From: a virus
Lineage: Duplodnaviria > Caudoviricetes
Reading direction: 5' to 3' (one strand)
IMG/VR virus record: IMGVR_UViG_3300048503_000032
Coordinates: 1-64,000 of that record
Length of the DNA stretch: 64,000 nucleotides
This document shows, piece after piece, positions 9,689 through 19,172 of the stretch. Each line of letters opens with the position of its first letter. The stretch's first letter is position 1. The translations under genes and the position numbers were made by a program. The notes below the pieces were generated by a model. That model was not told where the DNA came from. It made no database searches and saw nothing but the letters and a program-made list of their open reading frames with translations.

Positions 9689-12496
9689 ATGAGTACATTT
9701 CTATTCACATCAGACTGGCAGATTGCTTTTGGGAATCTACAAGAATGCGAGATGGCTTTAGATGAATTGATCGCTGCCGCTGTTAAGTACCAGCCAGAAG
9801 CTGTTATTCACGCTGGGGATGTGAAGGATGCGTATTCACCTGTAGACGTGGAGACTGTAAAGCTGGCGGTTAGGATGGTGCGGCGAGTTAGGTCTGCCGG
9901 GTTCCGGTTTATCATCTTGCTCGGCAACCATGACAGAATCAGCCAGTCGGCGGAGTCGAAGAACTGGCTTGACGTGTTGGCAGCGGCTGGGGCTGAGGTG
10001 GTCACGGAGCCCAAGATCAAGATAATCGCTGGCGCGGCTGTGGCGTTCGTTCCCTACTTTGGGGCGGCTACGGGGCAAGAAACGCTTATAAATGCGACGT
10101 CGGGCCTCCTAGCGAAGACTAAAGGGCATTCTGGCCCTAAGATCCTGGTACTCCATGCTGAAATCGGCGGATCGGTTATGGATGCCTCTGGGCGGCTCAC
10201 GAAAGGGCCGACGCCGGAGGATCTCCGTTTCGATGAGTTCGACGCTGTCTTCAGCGGTCACATCCATCGGCATCAGCGGATCGGGAACTACGCGGCTTGG
10301 TATATCGGGTCGCCGTTCTGCCAAGACTGGGGCGAAGCGGATAGCCCGAAAGGGCATCTTTTACTCGACTTGGAGAGTGGCGAGGCCAACCAGATCAGGA
10401 CGAAAATCCCGCACTGGTACAACGTAGACTACCTGGAGAAGAATCACATCACGCCGGAAGAGGGAGCATACGTTCGTTCCAAGGTCAGGGTGATTAGCAA
10501 GAAAATCTCAGACCAGATGTGCGAGGAAGAGGAGCGCATCCGGGCGAAGTACGGCAATGTCAGAATCCATACGGTGGCGGACGTCATCGACGAGAATGTC
10601 ACTGAGGTCATCTTGCGTGGCTCCAGCGATCAGGAGAAGGTCGAGCAGTATGTGGCGGCGACGATTCCTGAGGAGTCTAGGTTCGAGGCTGGACAGGCTG
10701 TGTCGTACATGGTGTCGAAGTTGAACGGGCTGAAGGAGGGAGCGGCCGGCTCTGCGATTCGATTCACAGGTGTGGAAGCCACCAACGTCTTGAATATCGA
10801 GACCGTCAAGCTCAGGCTGTCGAAGCTCGGGCTGGTGTTGATTCGCGGAGTCAATGAGGACTGGCCGGGAAGAAGTAACGGGTGTGGTAAGTCGAACGTG
10901 CTTTCATTGATACCGATCGCCATGTTCGGACAGAATGGCAAGGGGCAGAAGAGCGACGCCTGGGCTTACGAGAAAAACGACGATCCCGCTACGGTGCGGT
11001 TGATTTTGCGCGATGCAGCGAATAGGAAGATCGAGATATTGCGAGGTCGCCGGCCACACTCGATTCGTCTGTTGATCGATGGCAATGACGTTTCATCGGG
11101 AATCCGCGGCACTGGTAAGAAAGAGACACAGGGCTTGATCGAGCAGGTTACCGGGTACGATCTGGACACGTTGATGAATGCGGTGTACATCGATCAGGCT
11201 GTGGCCAACGGTTTTGTGTTTGGTACTCCCAGCGGCCGCATGGATCTCATCGCTCGATTCCAGAACCTCGAGCGGTTTGAGCTGGCGCAGAAGATGGTCG
11301 GCGAGGATATCAAGAAGTGCGATGCTGCTCTGGCAGAGACGACTACGCAGATTGATACTCTGACAGCGGAGATCGATGATCTCACAGCGGATCTGGCAGA
11401 GTTGAATATTGAGACGGATGAGCAGTGGGCTGCGAAGCTGGATCAGGAGAAGAGTGTACTGGCGGGATTAGTGGATGAGCATGCGGCTTTGTCAGGCACA
11501 GCTGAGTTTTACAAGGAGTTGCAGGAGACTGTCGATGCGCTGGTATCTGATTATAAGACAGAGCGCGCGGCGGTCGAAGCTGAAAGCAAGAAGTTGCATG
11601 TGTGGCAGGATAGACTGGCGCGCGCTGACAAATTGATCGCATCGAAGAAGTGCCCGACCTGCGGACAGGATGCGGATGGTGTCGGCAAGCAGGCGGCGAT
11701 AGAAGCGCGCACAGAATCGGGGCTGGTGCAGCGGGAGTTGACTCGGCATACCACAGCAGCGGAGACTTTGAATAAGAAGCAGTCTGAGGGTGCAGCGAAG
11801 CTCGCCAGCTATCGGAAGAAGTTAGATGTGTCAGAGCAGAAAATCGATAGCAGCAAGGAGCGCATTGTTGATCTGGAGACGGCGGCAGCTCAGGAGGATG
11901 AGCGTAACAAGAGACTAGCGGTAGTGAAAAAGACCAAGATGGCGCAGTTACAGTTGCAGCGGTTGTATCATCGGGCTGCTCTGGGCGCACGTCAGGGGCT
12001 GGGCATTGAGCGTGAGATGCTGGAGTATTGCAAGAAGGCGTTTCATCGATCAGGGATTCCGTTGTATCTGTCTATTGCGCTCTGTCCGCTGTTGAATAAA
12101 GCAGCTGAGGAGTACAGCGATATCTTCACAGATGGAAATCTGAAGGTATCGTTCAGGGTGGAGGACAGTGAGTTCGCGGTGGATGTGGTCAATCCTGTAG
12201 GGTCTGCTACGGTGGATGGCCAGTCGGTCGGCGAGGCGTCGCTTGCAGGCATCATCACAGCCTTTGCTCTTAGGGAGGCGGCACCGAAGACAAATTTGTT
12301 AGTGATGGATGAGCCCGGTACTGGGCTTGATCCAGAGGGATGCAAGCAGTTTGCGAAGGGTATTCTGAAGTTGAAGGATCGGTTTGAGACCATTTTGCTG
12401 GTTACGCATAGTCCGTTTATTTCTGCTCAGTTGTCCGGAGAGAGGATTTATACTGTGAAGAAGAGCGGCGGACGAAGTCGCTTGTATCTACAATGA
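9689..12496 (+). CDS. SbcD-SbcC (Mre11-Rad50) single-chain fusion nuclease/ATPase
   Basis: Metallophosphoesterase SDWQ, HAGD, GNHD, GHIH, YIGSP; then Walker A NGCGKS, Q-loop YIDQ, coiled coil with CPTC hook, QSVGE signature, LLVMDEP, VTH. Confidence 0.92.
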   Translation: MSTFLFTSDWQIAFGNLQECEMALDELIAAAVKYQPEAVIHAGDVKDAYSPVDVETVKLAVRMVRRVRSAGFRFIILLGNHDRISQSAESKNWLDVLAAAGAEVVTEPKIKIIAGAAVAFVPYFGAATGQETLINATSGLLAKTKGHSGPKILVLHAEIGGSVMDASGRLTKGPTPEDLRFDEFDAVFSGHIHRHQRIGNYAAWYIGSPFCQDWGEADSPKGHLLLDLESGEANQIRTKIPHWYNVDYLEKNHITPEEGAYVRSKVRVISKKISDQMCEEEERIRAKYGNVRIHTVADVIDENVTEVILRGSSDQEKVEQYVAATIPEESRFEAGQAVSYMVSKLNGLKEGAAGSAIRFTGVEATNVLNIETVKLRLSKLGLVLIRGVNEDWPGRSNGCGKSNVLSLIPIAMFGQNGKGQKSDAWAYEKNDDPATVRLILRDAANRKIEILRGRRPHSIRLLIDGNDVSSGIRGTGKKETQGLIEQVTGYDLDTLMNAVYIDQAVANGFVFGTPSGRMDLIARFQNLERFELAQKMVGEDIKKCDAALAETTTQIDTLTAEIDDLTADLAELNIETDEQWAAKLDQEKSVLAGLVDEHAALSGTAEFYKELQETVDALVSDYKTERAAVEAESKKLHVWQDRLARADKLIASKKCPTCGQDADGVGKQAAIEARTESGLVQRELTRHTTAAETLNKKQSEGAAKLASYRKKLDVSEQKIDSSKERIVDLETAAAQEDERNKRLAVVKKTKMAQLQLQRLYHRAALGARQGLGIEREMLEYCKKAFHRSGIPLYLSIALCPLLNKAAEEYSDIFTDGNLKVSFRVEDSEFAVDVVNPVGSATVDGQSVGEASLAGIITAFALREAAPKTNLLVMDEPGTGLDPEGCKQFAKGILKLKDRFETILLVTHSPFISAQLSGERIYTVKKSGGRSRLYLQ

Positions 12497-12515
12497 GGCA
12501 AGGAGAAAGTTCGAC

Positions 12516-12749
12516 ATGGCAAGCATGGGAGCAACAAGGGTACGGGGAATAGTTAAGTGGTTCAACAGCGCGAAAGGGTTTGGGTTCATCGGCAGGGACG
12601 GTGGAGCGTCGGACGTTTTCGTGCATTTCTCGGCCATTCAAGGCGACGGCTACAAGAAGCTGGACGAGGGCGACCACGTCGAGTTCACAGTCGAAGCTGC
12701 GAAGGGTGACAAGGTTCAGGCTGTGGATGTGATCAAGGTCGAAGGCTGA
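12516..12749 (+). CDS. csp: Cold-shock domain protein
   Basis: [32 protein letters not shown]. Confidence 0.97.
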   Translation: MASMGATRVRGIVKWFNSAKGFGFIGRDGGASDVFVHFSAIQGDGYKKLDEGDHVEFTVEAAKGDKVQAVDVIKVEG

Positions 12750-12750
12750 C

Positions 12751-13239
12751 ATGAATATCGCAGTGGTCGGAAGCAAAGAGCGCGACACCGAAGAGGACAG
12801 GCAGCTTGTAAGTAGCCTGTTGGAGCAGCTTGTCCTCGAGGCTCCACATTCGGTATTCGTGACTGCGTTATCGCATATAGGTGTCGGGCGCTTTGTACGC
12901 GACAAGTGCCTGGAGAAGGACAATGCGGGGCGGTATCGTTTTGCGTTGATCGAGTGTACTGTCCGCATCTATGCAGCGTCGCTGTCCAAGTCGGAGCTGT
13001 CGCAAATTTATCTGGCGCGCAACGCTACTCCATTTGAGACGTCGGACATGCTTATCTATCTGGCATCGGAAGATCGCCGCGGCACGATGGAGGATCTGCT
13101 AGACAGGTTTACTCGCGCTGGGCGTCCTACGTTGGTTTTGATGCCCAGCGAAAGTTTGCCAGATAAGATCTTCCCCGTTGCGGTGGTGACAGCGGCTCCA
13201 CATCATTGCGACGATCCTACTTGTGTTCTTTGCGTGTGA
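12751..13239 (+). CDS. SLOG-like (YspA/DprA-fold) protein
   Basis: MNIAVVGSKER start, YLARN, RGTMED pattern. Confidence 0.5.
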   Translation: MNIAVVGSKERDTEEDRQLVSSLLEQLVLEAPHSVFVTALSHIGVGRFVRDKCLEKDNAGRYRFALIECTVRIYAASLSKSELSQIYLARNATPFETSDMLIYLASEDRRGTMEDLLDRFTRAGRPTLVLMPSESLPDKIFPVAVVTAAPHHCDDPTCVLCV

Positions 13240-13246
13240 GGACGAT

Positions 13247-13972
13247 ATGAGTGTAGCAGTGTGCAGTCTCGGATGTGATCGCAAGGCGATGTCGGGATTC
13301 CCTGCGTGGCCGCGTCTGTTTGAGTTGGAGGGCGACTACTCGCTCTATTTCAACTACGAGAATATGGAGTTGGCCAGTACAAATGCGATGATGCGTTCAG
13401 GTGTTTACGGCATTAGAGATAAGTTCCCAGAGCGCAATGTATCGTTCGATGAGTGGGCATGGAGAACAACTTTGGGGACGGAGTGGCATCCGGTTTCTAA
13501 GTTCGATCAGGATCAGGCTCGGTTGCGTCAGATCGCTACTGCTAGGAATATGTGTATCGACTACTCACTGCTGACTAGGGCATCGCATCTGTTGTTTATC
13601 GATGCAGACGTAATACCACCAGTAGACGTAATTCCCAAGTTGATGAGTCTCGGTCATACGTTGGTCGGAGGGATTGTTCCTGGCCGCGGTTGTCACAAGG
13701 ATCTGAAGTACATCTTCGGCGAGGAGCGGGAGTTCTCGACAGGTTCAGCTCAGGTGCTGGAGGTACGCCATGGTACTTGTGGATGCATGATGATCGAGCG
13801 GCGCGTGTTCGATAGAATCAGATTCCGCTACAGCATCGATCAGGGTTTGTCAGAAGATCCGGCATATGCGTTGGATGTGCAGGAACGATTCGGCGAGAAG
13901 ATGTGGCTGCATAAGGGTGTGGTCTGTGAGCATGTAGGCGAATTGGAATCGACAGAGGTGGCTCAGTTCTAA
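13247..13972 (+). CDS. GT-A fold (GT2-like) glycosyltransferase
   Basis: IATARN, LLFIDADV (DxD), GCMMIERRVF, SEDP. Confidence 0.8.
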   Translation: MSVAVCSLGCDRKAMSGFPAWPRLFELEGDYSLYFNYENMELASTNAMMRSGVYGIRDKFPERNVSFDEWAWRTTLGTEWHPVSKFDQDQARLRQIATARNMCIDYSLLTRASHLLFIDADVIPPVDVIPKLMSLGHTLVGGIVPGRGCHKDLKYIFGEEREFSTGSAQVLEVRHGTCGCMMIERRVFDRIRFRYSIDQGLSEDPAYALDVQERFGEKMWLHKGVVCEHVGELESTEVAQF

Positions 13973-14562
13973 TGGCTCCCCGACTCTCATGCATCGTTTC
14001 GACGTATCATCGGCCGCTGCCATTGCGTTTGATGGTGGCGGCTCTGAGTTTACAGACAGAGCCGAACATTGAGATCATCGTAGCTGACAATTCTATTGAT
14101 GAGAAGATGCGGGAGCACAATGAAGCTGCATGTGAGCTGGACGGCAGAGTAACTTATCTGCATTGCGGAGAGTCTACCTGCTATCGATCCAGTAATGTCG
14201 CAGCCAAGTTTGCTACCGGAGACTATCTATGCTTTCCATCAGACGATGGATACTATGTGCCTGGGTTTGCGCAGCTGATGCTTGAGGCCGCGGAGAAGAA
14301 TAACTGGGATTTGGTCTATTGTGACTTGGTAGATGATGCGCGGCAGCTTGGATACTACGGAGTGCGGGATGTGAAGCCGGCGCTCGGGTACATTGACAAG
14401 ACGTGCTATATTGTGAAGCGCACAGTGTTTGAGAGCATCGGCGGGTTCCTACTGGGCGAGGATGGGAACGACTGGGCAGCGGATTGGTGGCTGGTGGAAA
14501 ATTTGATTGCCCTCGGAGTTTCTCACGGTAAACTGGCACAGTTGCTGGTGGTGCATAACTAG
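13972..14562 (+). CDS. GT2 glycosyltransferase
   Basis: LSCIVSTYHRP, EIIVADN, ATGDYLCFPSDD. Confidence 0.88.
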   Translation: MAPRLSCIVSTYHRPLPLRLMVAALSLQTEPNIEIIVADNSIDEKMREHNEAACELDGRVTYLHCGESTCYRSSNVAAKFATGDYLCFPSDDGYYVPGFAQLMLEAAEKNNWDLVYCDLVDDARQLGYYGVRDVKPALGYIDKTCYIVKRTVFESIGGFLLGEDGNDWAADWWLVENLIALGVSHGKLAQLLVVHN

Positions 14563-14574
14563 TGGAGGGATGTT

Positions 14575-14802
14575 GTGGAAGCTAAAGCGGGACATGCGCC
14601 GAGATGGGGAAGCCGAAATTTCATACCGGCTGGGATGATGCGGGCAGAGCCGCCTGCGTTTGATAAAGTTGTTAATCGGTTGAGGTTGAATCGGTCACAG
14701 TATCAGACGTCATCGGAGTTACGCTCATGGGTTAGGATGAATTACCAGCATCGGTATGTTCCTGAGGACTTGTTGGAGGCGATGGGATTAGAAGTTTTAT
14801 GA
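14575..14802 (+). CDS. hypothetical protein
   Basis: GGAGG SD, GTG start. Confidence 0.65.
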   Translation: MEAKAGHAPRWGSRNFIPAGMMRAEPPAFDKVVNRLRLNRSQYQTSSELRSWVRMNYQHRYVPEDLLEAMGLEVL

Positions 14803-14824
14803 CGCGAATCGAATTATCTACTAT
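14801..14824 (+). promoter_or_regulatory. Class B promoter GACG-N14-TACTAT
   Basis: Conserved spacing, upstream of SD and ATG 14841. Confidence 0.6.
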
Positions 14825-14840
14825 GGGAATGGGAGGACTT

Positions 14841-15398
14841 ATGAAGCGAGTGATGGGGTTTCTTGGATGTTCAGTGATAGTGATGATTCTGGCGGGTAAT
14901 CAACTGTTGCAGGAGCGTGTTCACGCGCAGCAGGCTCCGCCGTTGGTAGTGCATCAGGCGACCACGGATCTTACGGTCAAGAGTAGTCCCAGCCAGGATG
15001 CGCTGGTTGATGTGGCCAAGAAGAATGCTGACGTGTCCAAGGTCATCAACGATTTGTTGATGCAGGCGCGTACTGCTCTTGACGCGAAGAATAAGCCGAT
15101 CGTGGATGCGATCACGGCGAAGTCGGCGAAGTGGCAGGCCAAGATTGACGCCGATACCAAGGATCTGAAGGCGCAGATCAAGGCGAATGGTGACGCGGCT
15201 ACAGCGGAGTTCCAGCGGAAGGTCGGAGCATTACAGAATCAGGTTGCTCCTGTACAGACCTTGCAGACGCTGGAAGGTATCGTGAAGAAGGAGCAGGGTC
15301 TGCCCGACAATGCGACGTTCGACGAGCAGCGTCAGGTCTGGACTGTGCCGGCGAAGCCTGAAGAGAAGCCGGTTGACAAGGTGGAGCCGAAGAAGTAG
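14841..15398 (+). CDS. Putative exported coiled-coil protein
   Basis: GGAGG SD; hydrophobic N-terminus ending VHA-QQ. Confidence 0.7.
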   Translation: MKRVMGFLGCSVIVMILAGNQLLQERVHAQQAPPLVVHQATTDLTVKSSPSQDALVDVAKKNADVSKVINDLLMQARTALDAKNKPIVDAITAKSAKWQAKIDADTKDLKAQIKANGDAATAEFQRKVGALQNQVAPVQTLQTLEGIVKKEQGLPDNATFDEQRQVWTVPAKPEEKPVDKVEPKK

Positions 15399-15409
15399 GA
15401 TTTGAGTTT

Positions 15410-15835
15410 GTTCACGTCCGATGTAGACGTGATGGTGGAGGCGAAGCCGCAAGGTTAGCCCCAAGTTTTACCGATCTACCAAGTTGTAGACACGGCATAC
15501 GGGGTCGCTGAGGCGATCCCAGCTTTTGAATACGCACGGTACGAAGTGGTCGGATGTAATCGCGGACGCGAGTTCGATCCTCGCCACCTCCACCATCCTC
15601 AGATTTATCGTGAGGGGGTGTCATGGTTTCGACGGGGTTGCTGAAGATCATGGACTGTGCAGGAACTGGTGCTCACCTTAACGAGAGCCAAACTATAGAT
15701 GCCACTAACAGTGACTCTATGCGGAAGGACAACGTGCTGGCATTCGTGCCTCGCATCGCTGTTCCGATGCAAATGGCAGCCTAACCACTGCCGGGGCAAG
15801 CCGGACGAAGCCTAGCAACAGAAGGGGCCGGCATA
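15410..15835 (+). ncRNA. ssrA: Circularly permuted (two-piece) tmRNA: acceptor piece ending CCA at 15595, 18-nt spacer, coding piece from 15614; outer ends approximate
   Basis: T-arm GCGAG-TTCGATC-CTCGC then CACCTCC-A-CCA (15568-15595) precedes GGGGGTG..TTCGACGGGG (15614); acceptor stem has G3.U70; tag frame 15701-15784 ATNSDSMRKDNVLAFVPRIAVPMQMAA*. Confidence 0.92.
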
Positions 15836-15844
15836 CTTTGAGTT

Positions 15845-15965
15845 TGTGGAGTAAAGAGGTAATCCCTTAGCGGGGAATCCTGGCCGTGGTGAGGCTGATA
15901 CCGAAGCCATGAGAGTCACTCCGCAATCCTGCCAGCGACCGTCATGCTCTGGCGATTAGGCGGGA
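15845..15965 (+). ncRNA. Candidate structured RNA downstream of tmRNA
   Basis: TGTGGAGT(15845)/ACTCCGCA(15918) and TCCTGCC(15927)/GGCGGGA(15959) stems; no ORF. Confidence 0.35.
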
Positions 15966-15966
15966 C

Positions 15967-16019
15967 AAACAGCGGCCCCAGCCGCGGCCTCTTCCAGGTC
16001 AATGGGGCCGCTGTTTTGT
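15967..16019 (+). terminator. Rho-independent terminator
   Basis: AAACAGCGGCCCCA/TGGGGCCGCTGTTT inverted repeat then T-rich. Confidence 0.75.
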
Positions 16020-16032
16020 GGGCAAAATAGGG

Positions 16033-16097
16033 CCAAAATAAAGACTTGACACGTTTCTCGTATAGTGGGATAATTAGGACGTGGTCAAGGAGAACGG
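16033..16097 (+). promoter_or_regulatory. Class A composite promoter (TTGACA-17-GATAAT with nested GACT-N14-TATAGT) and leader
   Basis: AAAATAAAGACTTGACACGTT...GTGGTCAAGGAGAACGG, repeated at ~43401 and ~56829. Confidence 0.85.
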
Positions 16098-16098
16098 A

Positions 16099-16404
16099 AT
16101 GACTCAGATCAGGCAGGTTACGGGTGTTGAAATGGTCGATGAGTTGTCTCTGCGCAATCGTGCTTATCAGGTGCTGTATGCTCTGGGCGATACCCCAGGT
16201 AACGTGCGAACGTTGACAACTGGCGAGGCAGCTTGCTTAGTTGGACTCGTTCAGGATATGCTGGAGGCGGATGGAGAGTGGAACGATCTTCAGGTTGCTA
16301 TCGGCTCTGCGATGTCTATGTCTATGCTGACGTACGTCGCCACAGGTTCTATGGGTGCTCAACCTCAGATTCATGCTGAGAGCGCATCGACCCCACGCGC
16401 ATAA
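16099..16404 (+). CDS. hypothetical early protein
   Basis: AAGGAG SD directly after class A promoter. Confidence 0.75.
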   Translation: MTQIRQVTGVEMVDELSLRNRAYQVLYALGDTPGNVRTLTTGEAACLVGLVQDMLEADGEWNDLQVAIGSAMSMSMLTYVATGSMGAQPQIHAESASTPRA

Positions 16405-16422
16405 CGTGGGGGCTTTCTTTTT
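16391..16422 (+). terminator. Rho-independent terminator
   Basis: CCCCACG/CGTGGGG stem then CTTTCTTTTT. Confidence 0.7.
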
Positions 16423-16423
16423 A

Positions 16424-16447
16424 GACGTAGATGCAATCGTCTACAGT
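16424..16447 (+). promoter_or_regulatory. Class B promoter GACG-N14-TACAGT
   Basis: Conserved spacing, directly after terminator. Confidence 0.65.
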
Positions 16448-16507
16448 GAGTGTAGTAAGGGCACGGTTGGAGGATGCAATCTCCACAGTCGCCGGAAAGG
16501 AATCACG

Positions 16508-17578
16508 ATGGAACTCTTCAAAGCTAACAAGCAGTGGTCAACCAGACCAGCAGATGAGCGGTTTGCCAGCATTCGGGAACTGCACGACGCATGCAAAGCC
16601 TACGCGTCAACAGCCAAAGAAAACACGGTAGAGGTCAGCAATCTCCGGACGGAAGCCATCGATGGGGATGTGCAGATCGTCGGGCGGCGCAACAACGCGG
16701 CCAAGCTCACTCACTGGGCATTCGGTCAGTTGTCTGCTCGGGTGGGCGCACCGGGCGGTTACCTGCGCGATTTGCCAGCAACGCTGGCTTGCCAGAATCT
16801 CAACTACGGGCTGGCCAATCTCGCAGATAAGACGGACACTGCGAACCTGTTGTTCCATCAGAACGGCGGATTGTTGCTCAGGGCTTTCACCAGCAACAAG
16901 TATGCGCGCATTTGGAACTGGGAAGTTGCGGAGCGGTTGCTCCAGCTTGAGACGCAGGGTTGGAAGCCGGCGATGCCGACCATCAACAAGACAGCTCACG
17001 ACTTTCCTGCTCTCTATGCCAGCGATCATGACATGTTTGCTTTCGTGGCCAACGACTCGTATCGCATCAAGGAGGAGGGCAATCCTGACGGTCTGATGCG
17101 TGGAGTCATCGTGGAGAACTCGGAGGTCGGAGCATCGGCCCTGAAGCTGACGCGTTTCTTCTATCGCGCATTATGCTCTAACCACATTATATGGGGGGCA
17201 AGTCGGGTGATGGACATCAGCGTTCGGCACGTCGGCGATGCTCGGCAGCGCTGGAATGGATATTATGCGGCGATCAAGCGTTACGCGGACTCTGGTGCGG
17301 CGGCTGACGAGGCCAACATCGCATCGGCGCGTACTGTGAAGATCGGTGATACCAAGGAGTCAGTGCTGGACAAGTTGTTCGGCATGCGTTCTCTCGGCCT
17401 GACGCGGAAGGTGATCGATGCTGGTTACGAGGCGGTCATCCCCGCTCAGGACGGCGATCCGCGGACGGTGTGGGGAATTGTGCAGGGGCTTACGCGCCAC
17501 TCACAGACTGTTCCGTTCGCTGATGCGAGAACGACCATCGATGTGGCGGCTGGTAAGTTGATGGAGGCTGCATTCTAA
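16508..17578 (+). CDS. DUF932-like protein
   Basis: QWSTRPADERF, LTHWAFGQL..RVGAP, NSEVG, FFYRALCSNHIIWG, TVWGIVQGLTR. Confidence 0.7.
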   Translation: MELFKANKQWSTRPADERFASIRELHDACKAYASTAKENTVEVSNLRTEAIDGDVQIVGRRNNAAKLTHWAFGQLSARVGAPGGYLRDLPATLACQNLNYGLANLADKTDTANLLFHQNGGLLLRAFTSNKYARIWNWEVAERLLQLETQGWKPAMPTINKTAHDFPALYASDHDMFAFVANDSYRIKEEGNPDGLMRGVIVENSEVGASALKLTRFFYRALCSNHIIWGASRVMDISVRHVGDARQRWNGYYAAIKRYADSGAAADEANIASARTVKIGDTKESVLDKLFGMRSLGLTRKVIDAGYEAVIPAQDGDPRTVWGIVQGLTRHSQTVPFADARTTIDVAAGKLMEAAF

Positions 17579-17586
17579 AAGAATGG

Positions 17587-17619
17587 AGGCGGCAGGGTAG
17601 TTGTGATGCCTTGCCGCCT
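17587..17619 (+). terminator. Stem-loop after DUF932-like gene
   Basis: AGGCGGCAGGGTA/TGCCTTGCCGCCT. Confidence 0.5.
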
Positions 17620-17743
17620 GTGCAGTCGAGGTGTCTGGTTCGAGCCCAGGTTATAAGCGTGGAGCTACTTATAAGGCCGTGATTTCTAGGGTTGCGGTGA
17701 CTGTACAGGCGGGAGGGCATCAAGTAGGAAGAGAGGATTTTAT

Positions 17744-18355
17744 ATGCTTTATACGACGTTGAAGTTGTTACGCAAGAACAGCGCATGTTTGTCGGGTATG
17801 GACACGCTGATTGCGAGCTTGCCAAAGACGCAGACAGCCGAGAAGCAGATATCGCTGGCGCACATTCTGAAGTCTAACGGACTGGATCACGCACTCTGGG
17901 CATTAAGAGCGACTACGGTAGACGCTCGGAAGTATGCTGCGCGTATGTCTATCGACTTTGCGTTGGAGTGCTTGGCGAATTTCGAGAAGGCTTATCCTGA
18001 CGATACGCGGCCACGTTCTGCGATCGAAGCCGCCGGATTGTTTCTTGACGGGAAGATTACACTTCAGGAGCTTGAAACAGCGAGGTCTGCTGCGGAGTCT
18101 GCTGTGTGGTCTGTGGAGTCTGCTGCGAGGTCTGCTGCGAGGTCTGCTGTGTGGTGGTCTGCGTGGTTTGCTGCGAGGTCTGCTGCGGAGTCTGCTGTGT
18201 GGTCTGTGGAGTCTGCTGCGAGGTTTGCTGCGAGGTCTGCTGCGGAGTCTGCTGTGTGGTCTGTGGAGTCTGCTGCGAGGTCTGCTGTGTGGTCTGCTGC
18301 TCAGGAGCGTAACGCCGAGATATTCTTTAAGTGGGTACGAAAGGCCAAGTCGTGA
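17744..18355 (+). CDS. Imm5-like N-terminus plus AA(R/E/W)S low-complexity repeat protein
   Basis: FEKAYPDDTRPRSAIEAA followed by ARSAAESAVWSVES repeats. Confidence 0.7.
   Translation: MLYTTLKLLRKNSACLSGMDTLIASLPKTQTAEKQISLAHILKSNGLDHALWALRATTVDARKYAARMSIDFALECLANFEKAYPDDTRPRSAIEAAGLFLDGKITLQELETARSAAESAVWSVESAARSAARSAVWWSAWFAARSAAESAVWSVESAARFAARSAAESAVWSVESAARSAVWSAAQERNAEIFFKWVRKAKS
18080..18301 (+). repeat. Intragenic 9/12-nt tandem repeats (GCGAGGTCTGCT / GTGTGGTCT family)
   Basis: Directly visible. Confidence 0.9.
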
Positions 18356-18549
18356 GAGATGACCAATGTACGCACACGTCGGACTGGCACAAGGAGATGG
18401 TTACCTGCTCGGTCTGCGGTGCGGAGTATAGCGATGAAGAGGTGGAGCGGATCGGTGCTGACGTTGTGCGGCCGCTCGGGTTCAGTGCAGCGGAGATGGA
18501 GATTATCAGACGCCATGAGGCGGAGAGCGATGAAGCGGATGATTGCTAA
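18352..18549 (+). CDS. hypothetical CxxC protein
   Basis: GTG overlapping upstream stop; CSVCG. Confidence 0.55.
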   Translation: MRDDQCTHTSDWHKEMVTCSVCGAEYSDEEVERIGADVVRPLGFSAAEMEIIRRHEAESDEADDC

Positions 18550-18757
18550 GGTTGGACTTATCGATGATAATCATCTGGCAGCGGCCAAGCGAATGATGCC
18601 GAAGGCCGACCTAACAAGCCAGGAGATCTTAGCAGCGTCGTCTTTGATGGGATTGATGCTCGGGGAACGGGCGGAGGGTTTGACGCACATCGGCAATCTT
18701 CATCATGATGTGACGGGAATTTACAATCGGACGAACGGAAGCAGGAGACGGCGATGA
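18530..18757 (+). CDS. hypothetical protein
   Basis: GGAG SD; ATGA overlap downstream. Confidence 0.55.
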   Translation: MKRMIAKVGLIDDNHLAAAKRMMPKADLTSQEILAASSLMGLMLGERAEGLTHIGNLHHDVTGIYNRTNGSRRRR

Positions 18758-18981
18758 GCGAGCATCAAGAGGAGCGGTCGGCGCCTTCTTATCTCATTGA
18801 GGGCATGTCTCGCGAAAAGCTCGTCGCACTATGCAAGCGATGGGAGAAGGCCCACTGTGAAGCGGGATTCATCGGCAGTGAGTACTATGCCGACCCAGAG
18901 CGGGTGTTTCAGCGGGTGCGTGACCAACGGGGCGCTCTCCACCGCGCTCTGATACGTGCGATACGACGGGAGCCAAATTGA
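18754..18981 (+). CDS. hypothetical protein
   Basis: AGGAG SD. Confidence 0.65.
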   Translation: MSEHQEERSAPSYLIEGMSREKLVALCKRWEKAHCEAGFIGSEYYADPERVFQRVRDQRGALHRALIRAIRREPN

Positions 18982-19172
18982 GCATTGCTAGTATGTTTGG
19001 CGAATACGAGGATTACTGCAAGCATGACCATGTTCGCGCTTATTGCTGTGAGTGCAGAGTTGACCGCGAGCGCATTGAGGCTCAGAAGGTGCATGAGGCA
19101 TCCGTGGCAAAGCAGCAAACGAAACTCAAGCTGTTAGACAGATCGAACATTGTGGAGAGGAAGGTGAACTAA
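18978..19172 (+). CDS. hypothetical protein
   Basis: TTG start after GGAG. Confidence 0.55.
   Translation: MSIASMFGEYEDYCKHDHVRAYCCECRVDRERIEAQKVHEASVAKQQTKLKLLDRSNIVERKVN

Noticed and set aside
15560-15595. Stand-alone tRNA-Ala or attP fragment
   Set aside because: Pairs with the downstream GGGGGTG and tag frame, so it is the tmRNA acceptor piece; no integrase in the window
17625-17655. tRNA-like T-arm CTGG-TTCGAGC-CCAG
   Set aside because: No acceptor stem, D-arm or anticodon arm could be built
18106-18312. Cys-rich metallothionein-like ORF (VCCEVCC...)
   Set aside because: Alternate-frame reading of the AAxS repeat in ORF 17744
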